64,000 bases of DNA from the NCBI RefSeq assembly GCF_006345805.1, contig NC_043007.1, forward strand, positions 26,226,001 to 26,290,000, written 5' to 3'. Every line of letters starts with the position of its first letter. Positions within the stretch are counted from its first letter, which is position 1. Below the pieces are notes generated by a model. That model saw only the letters and a list, made by a program, of their open reading frames with translations. It was not told the origin of the DNA and made no database searches. Shown here piece after piece: positions 1-11,310 of this stretch. The DNA is from Octopus sinensis (lineage: Eukaryota). The position numbers and the translations under genes are program-made.

Positions 1-68
1 TATATATATATATATGAGTGTATATACAAACATGTATATATATATATATATGAGTGTACATACAAACA

Positions 69-99
<31 letters not shown>

Positions 100-179
100 G
101 TAGGATAAAATTTTTTCGAAAAAATTTTTTATCAATGGCCAGCATATTAAAAAATACCTTTAAAGTGTTAAATTATAAA

Positions 180-346
180 CAACTTATAAATAAGGGCAAA
201 CGAAAAAATTTCTAATGCCAAATATGCCGAAAATGGACATATTGTCCATTTACCATATAATTTAATTATATGGTAAATGACAATATGTCCAATTTTCGGC
301 ATATTTGGCATTAGAAATTTTTTCGTTTGCCCTTATTTTTAAGTTG
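180..346. repeat. Near-perfect palindrome (fold-back) between TA/TG microsatellites
   Basis: 180-262 (caacttataaataagggcaaacg...taccatataatt) is the reverse complement of 263-346, apart from a few single-base differences. Confidence 0.9.
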
Positions 347-358
347 TATATATATATA

Positions 359-419
<61 letters not shown>

Positions 420-821
420 GTGTGTGCATGTGTGTGTGTATGTTACACACATATACATACATACATATAACATATATGTACATTAAAATCTTGTGTTAGA
501 AGCAGCTGAATAATGTAAACAATATAAATATGGGCAATTGTTAAACTTTTGTAGCCGCAGTATATCGCTTGAGAGACAATTTACCTTTAAAAACGTATAG
601 CGTTAAAAGAAAAAAAAAAAGATAGAAGACAAACCCAGCGTACTTCAGAGCTAGGTTTTAATGTAAGCCTAAACCGAAACATCGAAGTCACGGTCAACTT
701 TTTCTTTGTAAAAATAAATAAGTATTATTCTCTGCTGTAAAGCACTGAAGGGTCACTAAATTTAATGTTCAGCTGTTTAATATACACAGCTTTATATGAA
801 AATAAACATATCTTTTTATTT

Positions 822-1682
822 GGTGCTACTTTGGCGTGTGATCTACAACTTAAAGGCGGTTACTTTACATTACATTTTAGTTCATATTTCAATTTCTAAA
901 GACCCTTAAGTTGTTGGCCGCCAAACTTTTGTGATCTGCGGGATTATTTTAATTATTATATTGTTTATTCTTGTTTTCTTATTAATATTTCCTAAGACAT
1001 AAATGAAACATGGCTTTGTTATTTTCAAATAATAAAAATATTTTCAAACTAGTACAAATTTTGAAAAGATACATCTACAATGTTAAGTATGTACGCAAGT
1101 ATTTATAAACATTTGAATAGCAATCTTATATGTAAAGCTGAAGTTGTCTGTGTATGGCAGGTTTGGTAGCCTTCAACTAACACTATCTCCTCCGAAACCC
1201 TAAGGCGCAAGCTGACCAAAATTGAAAGTATGATAGAAGAAGGCTTGCTCTTCATTCCGTAGAAGATAAAATTCAAATCGGAACATGTTAAGACCAAAAA
1301 TTATTTACATAAAAAAGTTGCTTTTTTTCTATGAAAATCCTTATTTTTTACGATTTTTTGACAGCTGTGTCGCCATTTTCGGTGTATTTCAAACAGAAAA
1401 AATGTTCACTTAAAGAGAATACCAGCTACATAATGCAAAATTTTTACTTTTCAAAATTTCCAATTCTAAAGGGTCGAAACAAACTTGAGCAACGCCGGGC
1501 GATACTGCTAGTTTGATGATAAAGATGGAATACAAATTTGAATAACTTTATCAATAGATTGAGTGTACATCTGGCAGAAACGAAAGAACATCTTAAGGGT
1601 TTTTAGAAATTGGAAAGTAAACTAAAAGCTATCCTAAAGTAAATGCCGTTTTAAGTTGTAGTTCACACGCCAAAGTAGCACC
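822..1682. mobile_element. Old non-autonomous DNA element with ~90-bp terminal inverted repeats, containing a Helitron-like insertion
   Basis: ggtgctactttggcgtgtg...gacccttaag (822-910) matches the reverse complement of 1593-1682 (cttaagggtt...caaagtagcacc) at roughly 80% by eye; no clear TSD. Confidence 0.55.
1124..1512 (-). mobile_element. Non-autonomous Helitron-like (Lep1/HINE-type) element, copy 1
   Basis: Reverse complement of 3808-4194; begins ACTAGC with a subterminal CCCGGCGTTGCTC motif; no TIR or TSD. Confidence 0.6.
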
Positions 1683-1712
1683 TGATGTTTTTTTAATATG
1701 TTTTAGTCAATG

Positions 1713-2115
1713 GGCGCAGGAGTGGCTGTGTGGTAAGTAGCTTGCTTACCAACCACATGGTTCGGGTTCAGTCCCACTTCGTGGAACTTTGGGCAAGCGT
1801 CTTCTACTATAGCCTTGGGCCGACCAAAGCCTTGTGAGTGGATTTGGTAGACGGAAACTGAAAGAAGCCCGTCGTATATATGTATATATATATGTGTGTG
1901 TTTGTGTATGTGTGTTTGTCCTCCCAACATCGCTTGACAACCGATGGTTGTGTGTTTACGTCCTCGTAACTTTGGGTTCGGCAAAAGAGACCGATAGAAT
2001 AAGTACTAGGCTTACAAAGAATAAGTCCTGGGGTCGATTTGCTCGACTAAAGGCGGTGCTCCAGCATGGCCACAGTCAAATGACTGAAACAAGTAAAAAG
2101 AGTAAAAAGAGAGTA
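1713..2115 (+). mobile_element. tRNA-derived SINE family A (~400-430 bp), full length
   Basis: Head ggcgcaggagtggctgtgtggtaag with A box and GGTTCAGTCCC B box, internal (TG)n, tail ending (gagtaaaa)n; many copies in the window. Confidence 0.9.
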
Positions 2116-2323
2116 ATGGACTGCGGCCATGCTAGGGCACCGTCTTGGAAGGTTTTAATCGAACAAATCGACCTCAGTACTTTACTCATTTTTGGCTTGC
2201 TGCTTGATTTATCACCTTTGTTGAACTGCTCGCTTATGGGGACGTAAACAAACAAACCAACACCAGTTGTCAAGCGGTGGTGTGGGATACACATAAACAC
2301 AAAATCACGTATGAATTCATACA

Positions 2324-2449
<126 letters not shown>

Positions 2450-3115
2450 CACACACACACAACACACACACAATTGTGGAAGGAATAATAGATAAATAGT
2501 CCAAGAAAACTATATGTAAAAATACAAAAAATGGAATCAGTAGGAAAAATAAATTTCAAGGAGAGAGTGAAATTAGCTCAAAGGACACCATTTTGGATAC
2601 AGTTTAATCAGAGACGCCAGAGAGGAAGGGAGAGAGACATCATGTGGGATCGCCATTCTGTGTCTATAGAACAGTCAAAAATCAAAAGGCCCTTACTGTT
2701 TTTCCCACTAAGAATAAATAACACAAGGCCAGAAAGTTTAGCAAGAGAATAAGTCAGTTTCATCAACCGCAGTGTTCAACTGTTACGGTATTTAACGTGT
2801 ATAAGGAACCTTTTTTTTTTGTTAAAAATTAGGTTAAAATTATAATCCCTTTCAATACATTTTTTTAGTGTGTTCCTTATACGCAAATTTTCCTTATACA
2901 CGTTAAAATACGGTATTTTATCGACACCGAAAGGATGAAAGGCAAAGTCGACCTCGTAAAGACTGACGAAATTTTGCGAGGCATTTTGCCCAGCAGGCTA
3001 AGGATTCTATCAATAACAATAAAAATAATGGTTTGAAATTTTGGTACAGGACCTGCGGCTTTTTGAGGAGAAGGGAAAGTTGATTACATCGATCCCCGTA
3101 TTTGGCTGATACTTA

Positions 3116-3418
3116 TCACGTGATCACGTGACCGACCAGACCATCAGATGTTGCTACACATCACTGGTCCAATGCGTTCGCATTGTTTTAGCCTTCGAAT
3201 GACGCCACCCCGCTGGCTAGCGAAGCAGGTCAACAGAAGAAGAGTGAGAGAAAGAGTGGTGAAGAGAGTACAGCAGGGATCACCACCCCCTGCCGGAGCG
3301 TCGTGGAGCTTTTAGGTGTTTTCGCTCAATAAACACTCACAACGCCCGGTCTGGGAATCGAAACCGCGATCCTACGACCGCGAGTTCGCTGCCCTAACCG
3401 CTAGGCCATTGCACCTCC
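3116..3418 (-). mobile_element. SINE family C (tRNA-Arg-like head), tail type D
   Basis: Head ggaggtgcaatggcctagcggttagggcagcgaactcgcgg with B box ggtttcgattccc on the minus strand; tail shared with 12067-12377. Confidence 0.85.
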
Positions 3419-3807
3419 GGTTGATACTTATATCCACCCAGAAAGGAGGAAATGGAAAGTCGGCCTTGGCAGGATTTGAACTACGGGCTATGGACACAAT
3501 TGGATGCCATAGATATGGATATTCATAAATGGTCATGATTGGAACGCTTTTGATCTCACTTTTGTTGGTTTGAGAACAACACAGGATTAAGGAAGAAAAC
3601 AACAACAAAAAAGGCTGATCTACTGGAAACTAAAAAGCAAAAAAAAAAAAATCACAGGGAGATAATCCAGTAATGTTCAAGGGAAATAACTCTCAAACAT
3701 TTATTTACCGTTCTGTATATAAAAGATAATGTCCACAATAGACTCCCTCAAAAAAGGCGAGATGGTCTCGGCTGGTAAACCTTTGGTGTAAGTATCTATA
3801 TCATTAT

Positions 3808-4194
3808 ACTAGCCCGGTGTTGCTCGGGTTTGTTTCGACCCTTTAGAATTGGAATTTTTCAAAAGTAAAAATTTTGCATTATGTAGCTTGTTATTCTCTT
3901 TAAGTGAACATTTTTCTGGTTGAAATACACCGAAAAATGGCGACACAGCAGTAAAAAAATTGTAAAAAATATGGATTTTCATGGAAAAAACCCCACCTTT
4001 TGATATAAATAATTTTTTTTTGTGTTAACATGGTCCGATTTGAATTTTATCTTCTACGGAAGGAAGAGCAAGCCTTCTTCTATCATACTCTCAATGTTGG
4101 TCAACTTGCACCTCAGGGTTTCGGAGGAGATAGTGTTAGTTGAAGGCTACCAAACCTGCCATACATAGACAACTTCAGCTTTATATATCGAGAG
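3808..4194 (+). mobile_element. Non-autonomous Helitron-like element, copy 2
   Basis: actagcccggtgttgctcggg...aacttcagctttatatat; homologous to 1124-1512. Confidence 0.6.
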
Positions 4195-4375
4195 ATTATT
4201 AAGTGTATGGGCACATGGCTTCTCTCTGCAGCACATGCATACGTATGTACCTATATATATAATAATAATTATAATGAAATTATTGTATACAGTGCTCAGG
4301 TGCACCAGAACTTGTCAGAGTATATGCAGTAATGTACAAATGTCTGGAAAGCGAACAATGCGAACAATATATCCA

Positions 4376-4768
4376 CTTGTTTCAGTCATTTGACTGTGGC
4401 CATGCTGGGGCACCACCTTAAAGGGTTATAGTCAAACAAATCGACCCCAGGATTTATTTTTCAAAGCGTACTATTTATTCTATCGATCTCTTTTGCCGAA
4501 CAGTCAAGTAACTGGGACATAAACATACTATCACCGGTTGTCACGTGGTGGTGGGGGACAAACACTGACACAAAGACACAGACATATATATATATATATA
4601 CGTATATATATACAACGGGCTTCTTTCGGTTTCCGTTTACCAAATCCGTTTACAAGGCTTTGATTGGTTCGGGGCTATAGTAGAAGATACTTGCCCAAGG
4701 TACCATGCTGTGGGACTGAACCCGGAACCATGTGATTGGGAAGCAAGCTTCCTACCACACAGCCTACA
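4376..4768 (-). mobile_element. SINE family A, diverged
   Basis: Reverse complement of the family A consensus; a further 3' partial copy follows at ~4784-4980. Confidence 0.8.
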
Positions 4769-5283
4769 CCAACAAAATCACTCGTTGTTTCAGTCATTAG
4801 ACTACGGCCATGCTGGGGCATTGCCTTGAATTTTTAGTTGAATGAATCGATCCCAGTACTTATTTTCAAAAAAAAAAGTGATACTTATACTGTCTTTTGC
4901 CGAACCGCTAAGTTACAGGGACGTAAGCACATCAGCACCGGTTGTCAAGCGGTGGTGTAGGACAAAACACAGACACAAAGATACATACACACCCACACCA
5001 ATGCACACATACATATATACATACATACATACATATATATATATATATAGATATATATATATTTAATCAATATAGGGAGGCAAAAAATTTTGTAGAATTC
5101 TTTTGCCCCCAGCGGCCTAGTGGAAAAAATTAAATAGTCATAACCATTTTTAAGTTCAATATCACACTCAAGGAACGGCATAATAGGCCATTCACCCACT
5201 AGAAATACAGCCAAAAAGCTTCAACCGCAAAATAACATTAATTCCGTAAACCAGGAGAAAATTAAAAAAACATTTACCCTGAA

Positions 5284-5390
5284 ATTCCTTATAATACGAT
5301 GCACCGTTTCGTCTACTGTTTATGGTAAACTACCTGATTAAATTAAATCAACCAATCTACCATAGGCCCTTAGATTCATCAGTAAGGAAT
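5284..5390 (-). ncRNA. Type I hammerhead ribozyme, copy 1 (3-nt duplication at the cleavage site)
   Basis: Minus strand ATTCCTTA-CTGATGA-stem II-GAAA-CGGTGCATCG-TA-TTA-TAAGGAAT. Confidence 0.7.
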
Positions 5391-5769
5391 AGCCAATCGA
5401 CAGATATTTTTCACGAGGCATTCCCGTCCATGCCTCGCCAATATCTGACCTAAAATTTTCAAATCGTCGCACTCGCGCCAAATTTATCGGCAGCAAATAA
5501 ATATAAGCCGCCGATTCCATTACGGAACCAACCAGAAAATTCATAATTAATCAATATAGGGAGGCAAAAAAATTTTGTAGAATTCTTTTGCCCCCAGCGG
5601 CCTAGTGGGAAAAAATTAAATAGTCATAAACCATTTTTAAGTTCAATATCACAATCAAGGAACGGCCATAATAGGCCATTCACCCACTAGAAATAACAGC
5701 CAAAAAGCTTCAACCGCAAAATAAATTAATTCCGTAAACCAGGAGAAATAAAAAAACATTTACCCTGAA

Positions 5770-5877
5770 ATTCCTTATACGATGCAACCGTTTCGTCTAC
5801 TGTTTAATGGTAAACTAACCTGATTAAATTAAATCAAGCCAATCTACCATAGGCCCTTAGATTCATCAGTAAGGAAT
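5770..5877 (-). ncRNA. Type I hammerhead ribozyme, copy 2
   Basis: Core CUGAUGA and GAAA, GUA cleavage triplet, 8-bp stem I ATTCCTTA/TAAGGAAT. Confidence 0.8.
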
Positions 5878-6260
5878 AGCCAAATCGGAACAGATATTTT
5901 TCACGAGGCATTCCCGTCCATGCCTCGCCAATATCTGACCTAAAATTTTCAAATCGTCGCACTCGCGCCAAATTTATCGGCAGCAAATAAATATAAGCGC
6001 CGCCGATTCCATTACGGAACCAACCAGAAAATTCATAATTAATCAATATAGGGAGGCAAAAAAATTTTGTAGAATTCTTTTGCCCCAGCGGCCTAGTGGG
6101 AAAAAATTAAATAGTCAAAACCATTTTTAAGTTCAATATCACAATCAAGGAACGGCCATAATAGGCCATTCACCCACTAGAAATAACAGCCAAAAAGCTT
6201 CAACCGCAAAATAACATTAATTCCGTAACCAGGAGAAAATTAAAAAACATTTACCCTGAA

Positions 6261-6367
6261 ATTCCTTATACGATGCACCGTTTCGTCTACTGTTTAATGG
6301 TAAACTAACCTGATTAAATTAAATCAAGCCAATCTACCATAGGCCCTTAGATTCATCAGTAAGGAAT
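6261..6367 (-). ncRNA. Type I hammerhead ribozyme, copy 3
   Basis: Intact core, stem I of 8 bp, near-palindromic stem III ACGGTGCATCGT, long stem II rich in G-U pairs. Confidence 0.85.
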
Positions 6368-6772
6368 AGCCAAATCGGAACAGATATTTTTCACGAGGCA
6401 TTCCCGTCCATGCCTCGCCAATATCTGACCTAAAATTTTCAAATCGTCGCACTCGCGCCAAATTTATCGGCAGCAAATAAATATAAGCCGCCGATTCCAT
6501 TACGGAACCAACCAGAAAATTCATAATTAATCAATATAGGGAGGCAAAAAAATTTTGTAGAATTCTTTTGCCCCCAGCGGCCTAGTGGGAAAAATTTGAT
6601 TATATTGATTAATTATGAATTTTCTGGTTGAGGTTCCGTAATGGAATCGGCGGCTTATATTTATTTGCTGCCGATAAATTGGCGCGAGTGCGACGATTTG
6701 AAAATTTTAGGTCAGATATGGCGAGGCATGGACGGGAATGCCTCGTGAAAAATATCTGTTTCCGATTTGGCT

Positions 6773-6876
6773 ATTCCTTACTGATGAATCAGGGCCTATG
6801 GTAGATTGGCTTTGATTAATTTAATCAGGTTAGTTTACCATAAACAGTAGACGAAACGGTGCATCGTATAAGGAAT
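6773..6876 (+). ncRNA. Type I hammerhead ribozyme, inverted copy 4
   Basis: CTGATGA 6781-6787, GAAA 6853-6856, GTA 6866-6868, stem I 6773-6780 with 6869-6876; 2-nt deletion at the base of stem II. Confidence 0.75.
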
Positions 6877-6996
6877 TTCAGGGTAAATGTTTTTTTAATT
6901 TTCTCCTGGTTTACGGAATTAATGTTATTTTGCGGTTGAAGCTTTTTGGCTGTTATTTCTAGTGGGTGAATGGCCTATTATGGCCGTTCCTTGATT

Positions 6997-7034
<38 letters not shown>

Positions 7035-7210
7035 TATATATATATAATATAATATAATATATATACATATACATATACATATATATACATTATATATTAT
7101 ATATATATAATATGTATGTGTGTGTGTGTATACATATATACATCATATATATACATTATATATATATATATATATAATATATACATCTATATGCATATAT
7201 ACCTTACATT

Positions 7211-7267
<57 letters not shown>

Positions 7268-7292
7268 GTATATATATGTATATATTATCTAT

Positions 7293-7343
<51 letters not shown>

Positions 7344-7344
7344 G

Positions 7345-7377
<33 letters not shown>

Positions 7378-7429
7378 TATATATATATATATATATATTA
7401 CATACATACATACATACATATTATATATA

Positions 7430-7481
<52 letters not shown>

Positions 7482-7590
7482 CACATACATATATACACAC
7501 ATACATACACATACACACACACGCATATGTATGTATTTATACATGAACCATTGTTGTAATAATCATTTCCTCACCATTTCTATTCGACAG

Positions 7591-7740
7591 CCTACCTCGA
7601 TGCAGTCCGTGGTCTAATGTGTCTGGCCATTATGCTCCTGCCCATACCGGTGGTTGTGGTACCAATCTACCTCTATGTTTCCAGCATGATTTACTACCGC
7701 CGTATCATGGCTATGTCAGCGATCTTCTGTTTAATTGCAG
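7591..7740 (+). CDS. Internal coding exon of a claudin/PMP22/EMP-like tetraspan membrane protein (TM2-TM3 region)
   Basis: Acceptor ttctattcgacag, donor GCAG|gtgagg; 150 nt, phase 1-1, open frame [49 protein letters not shown], resembling the xLxAVRALM motif before TM2 of the PMP22/claudin family. Confidence 0.7.
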
Positions 7741-7934
7741 GTGAGGATCATTAATACATTTCATCTGTCAATAATGTCTTGCATCCTTCTCTTCCGCATC
7801 CTCACTCTGATTCTCATCCTTTTTTTATCAGTCGGCGCCGACGCTGCTGCCGCGGGCGGCGGCACTACCATCGTCGTCGTCATCATGGTTACGATCATGA
7901 TCATTATCATTATCACCACCAGCCTCATCCTTCT

Positions 7935-7948
7935 CCTCCTCATCATCG

Positions 7949-7983
<35 letters not shown>

Positions 7984-8026
7984 GTCATCGTCGTCGTCGT
8001 CGTCGTCATCATCATCATCATCATCA

Positions 8027-8058
<32 letters not shown>

Positions 8059-8167
8059 ATCGTCATCGTCATCATCATCATCATCATCATCGTCATCGTC
8101 ATCGTCGTCGTCGTCGTCGTCATCATCATCATCATCATCATCATCGTCATCGTCGTCGTCGTCGTCG

Positions 8168-8201
<34 letters not shown>

Positions 8202-8204
8202 TAT

Positions 8205-8245
<41 letters not shown>

Positions 8246-8247
8246 TC

Positions 8248-8305
<58 letters not shown>

Positions 8306-8330
8306 CCACCACCACCGTAGTCGTCCTCAT
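7935..8330. repeat. (CAT)n/(CGT)n compound trinucleotide microsatellite
   Basis: Direct reading. Confidence 0.95.
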
Positions 8331-8481
8331 TCACAATAGCTAATCTACTCCTAGATATGCAGCGCCTGGGAGAAGTTCGGCTTGACTTATAGTTGGATCA
8401 TCTTAAATCTCAAGTCTGCTTGAACAAGGTAGACTTAGAGCTAAGCAACAATGACATCACTCTCATTCTAGCTGTCTTTCT

Positions 8482-8776
8482 TATTTCTTTACTACCCACA
8501 AGGGGCTAAACACAGAAGGGACAAACAAGGACAGACAAACGGATTAAGTCTATTATATCGACCCCAGCGCGTAACTGGTACTTATTTCATCGACCCCGAA
8601 AGGATGAAAGGCAAAGTCGACCTCGGCAGAATTTGAACTCAGAACGTAGCGGTAGACGAAATACCTATTTCTTTACTACCCACAAGGGGCTACACACAGA
8701 GAAGACAAACAAGGTCAGGCAAACGGATTAAGTCTATTATATCGACCCCAGCGCGTAACTGGTACTTATTTCATCG
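8482..8776 (-). mobile_element. SINE family B, dimeric 3' modules, truncated by the gap
   Basis: Reverse complement of gaggtcgactttgcctttcatcctttcggggtcgat...ccccttgtgggtagtaaagaaata. Confidence 0.85.
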
Positions 8777-8876
8777 NNNNNNNNNNNNNNNNNNNNNNNN
8801 NNNNNNNNNNNNNNNNNNNNNNNNNNNNNNNNNNNNNNNNNNNNNNNNNNNNNNNNNNNNNNNNNNNNNNNNNNNN
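8777..8876. other. Assembly gap (100 N)
   Basis: Run of N. Confidence 1.
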
Positions 8877-8881
8877 ATGTG

Positions 8882-8931
<50 letters not shown>

Positions 8932-9023
8932 CTTATACATATACACACACACACTTCACAAGCATATATAGAAATACTAACATTTATAAATATAAATATA
9001 AATAAATAACTAAATATATATAT

Positions 9024-9055
<32 letters not shown>

Positions 9056-9304
9056 TATACATATACATATGTGTATGCATGTATGTACGCTACTTTCACT
9101 TCAATAACTACGTGTTAAATGAATATTAGGTATATATGAAAAAAAACATCGCTCTCGCGGACATACGCGCAAGAAAACAAATATATGAATTGATGAGTTG
9201 GCAAAACAAGAACAATATTCAAAAAAGAAATTCATCTTTTGAATCATTTATCCATACACACACACACACACACGTGTGTGTGTGTGTCTGTGCCTGTAAG
9301 TAAG

Positions 9305-10065
9305 TAAGTATGTATGTATGTATGTATTTATGTATGTATGTATGTATGTATGCATGCCATTATTCAGCTTTATTTCAAGATTTCTTTGCCAACAGGGAAA
9401 GAGCCGGTTTCTAATCTAGATCCAAGTCTCCTTCATTGGAATTCAACAATATCAACAGGATATATACGTTTGTATATATGTATATAGTATGTATGTATGT
9501 ATGTATGTATGTATGTATGTATGTATGTATGTATGTATGTATGTATGTATGTATGTATGTATGTATGTATGTATGTATGTATGTATGTATGTATGTATGT
9601 ATGTATGTATGCAAGTATGTGCAGATTTGTATGTTTTGTTTTATGTATGTATTCTCATGCATATAGCTGCATATCTACACATGCTCATAACTATTTAAAT
9701 TATAAACTTCTTGAGAAATTTACAGATTTTTACTGTCTCAGTGATCGGTGATCTTCGAACCAGCTTTCATCTTTCTGGTTTTGGAAGCCTAATTTTTCAA
9801 GGTTGTTAGTTAAGCAGTAAATACAGGTATAAACCTGAACTTGTAACCTGGATAGAGTAACTGTAGATTTCTCAATAGTTCAGCGTAGGTATTTTCTTTA
9901 TCGCTTATCTTTAGCTTTATGTCAACATCCCACCAGGGTGCTAATTTCCACAAATGTATACAGTTTTTCTTCTCTAGCTTTGTGAAGACTATTATGTTAA
10001 CATTATATTGACGTTTTCAGTGGGATATTTCCCCAGAACTCTTTTTTATTATTAGTTGCTACCAT
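9305..10065 (-). mobile_element. 3' fragment of an RLE-type (R2 superfamily) non-LTR retrotransposon with (CATA)n tail
   Basis: Manual minus-strand translation with frameshifts gives KEFWGNIPLKTSI*C*HN...FVEIS...DVDIKLKISDKENTYAELLRNLQLLYPGYKFRFIPV, typical of a restriction-like endonuclease C-terminus. Confidence 0.65.
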
Positions 10066-10314
10066 TATTAGTTGAGTGGCTAGTTACCATAGCCACTCAA
10101 AATAGTTCTATGTATATATGTATGCATATATGTATGTATATATGAGTATGTTGTTCAGCTGTAGGATTAGTAGGAATCCTAGATATTTAAATGAGTATGA
10201 CGCCTGGTCATGTACTGGTCTATCAATACCCAGGAACAATTAAAGTTTCATGCTGTGTATACGCATGCATCTACACGTCCATTTATATATAAGTACACAT
10301 TATTTACTTATTTA

Positions 10315-10585
10315 ATCGCCCTTTTCAAGCCTAGCCAGGTTTCCCGGTTTCTGTGGCGTATGTGTTCCCACCCCAGCTGGACGGTACACCAGTCCATCGC
10401 AGCGTTACTCAAGAAACAGGATGAGAGTGAGAGAAAGTTGGAGCGAAAGAATACAACAGTCACCACCCCTTGCCGGAGCGTCGTGGAACTTTAGGTATTT
10501 TCGCTCAATAAACACACAAAAACCCTGTCTGGGAATCGAAACCGCTAGTCCGCTGCCCTAAACCACTGGGCCATTGCGCCTCCAC
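10315..10585 (-). mobile_element. SINE family C, tail type C, internally deleted
   Basis: Family C head plus a ...gaaaccgggaaacc...ggcttgaaaagggcg tail on the minus strand. Confidence 0.8.
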
Positions 10586-10761
10586 ATAAGTACACATAAA
10601 CAAATGTATATATACACATACCTATCCAATCCGTACAGGATGTAGATCCAACTCAACGATTGTTCCAAGTGTAGCGTATGTATAGGTATAAAAAAAGAAC
10701 ACAAGTGGAGTTCAAAATTCACAACAGCTGTTTCGGTAACATTTATTTGATGTATTCTTAG

Positions 10762-10811
10762 ATTACATCATGGCGAAAATTCGCCATCTTCGTGAGGTCT
10801 TAAACAAATAG
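10762..10811 (+). other. Candidate 50-nt exon
   Basis: tttgatgtattcttag|ATTAC...AAATAG|gtaaga; the phase-1 frame DYIMAKIRHLREVLNK ends in a stop at the exon end; no homology recognised. Confidence 0.25.
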
Positions 10812-10894
10812 GTAAGACAGAATATGTAAGTTGACTTGCTGAGCAAACTATCAGGTGGGAAGTGGGAAGCATTAAGTGGTATAAATGAGTAAAA

Positions 10895-11310
10895 GGCGGC
10901 GAGCTGGCAGAAACGTTAGCACGCCGGGCGAAATGCTTAGCGGTATTTCGTCTGTCTTAACGCTCTGAGTTCAAATTCCGCCGAGGTCGACTTTGCCTTT
11001 CATCCTCTCGGGGTCGATAAATTAAGTACCAGTTACGTACTGGGGTCGATGTAATCGACTTAATACCTATGTCTGTCCTTGTTTGTCCCCTCTGTGTTTA
11101 GCCCCTTGTGGGTAATAAAGAAATAGGCATTTCGCTTGTCGTTACGTTGTGAGTTCAAATTCCGCCGAGGTTGACTTTGCCTTTCATCCTTTCGGGGGTC
11201 GATAAATTAAGTACCAGTTACGCACTGGGGTCGATGTAATCGACTTAATACCTATGTATGTCCTTGTTTGTCCCCTCTATGTTTAGCCCTTTGTGGGTAA
11301 TAAAGAAATA
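10895..11310 (+). mobile_element. SINE family B with duplicated 3' module and 15-bp TSD
   Basis: Head ggcggcgagctggcagaaacgttagc with gagttcaaattcc B box; TSD ggtataaatgagtaa at 10878-10892 and 11311-11325. Confidence 0.9.

Larger units (their letters stand above)
5063..7003. repeat. Hammerhead-containing tandem array (retrozyme-like): three ~490-bp direct units, a partial unit, then an inverted unit, flanked by (TA)n
   Basis: Units start at 5063, 5547, 6039 and 6527 (ttaatcaatatagggagg); 6602-7003 is the reverse complement of the unit. Confidence 0.9.

Noticed and set aside
5338-6524. Three similar 66-70-aa ORFs in the tandem array
   Set aside because: Frames differ between copies through indels, and the sequence is better explained as structured RNA
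5063-7003. CRISPR-like or satellite interpretation of the array
   Set aside because: Units are ~490 bp with no unique spacers, the context is eukaryotic and there are no cas genes
7735-8343. Poly-His/Arg, poly-Asp and poly-Ile ORFs
   Set aside because: Translations of a (CAT)/(CGT) microsatellite that begins in the intron after the 7740 donor
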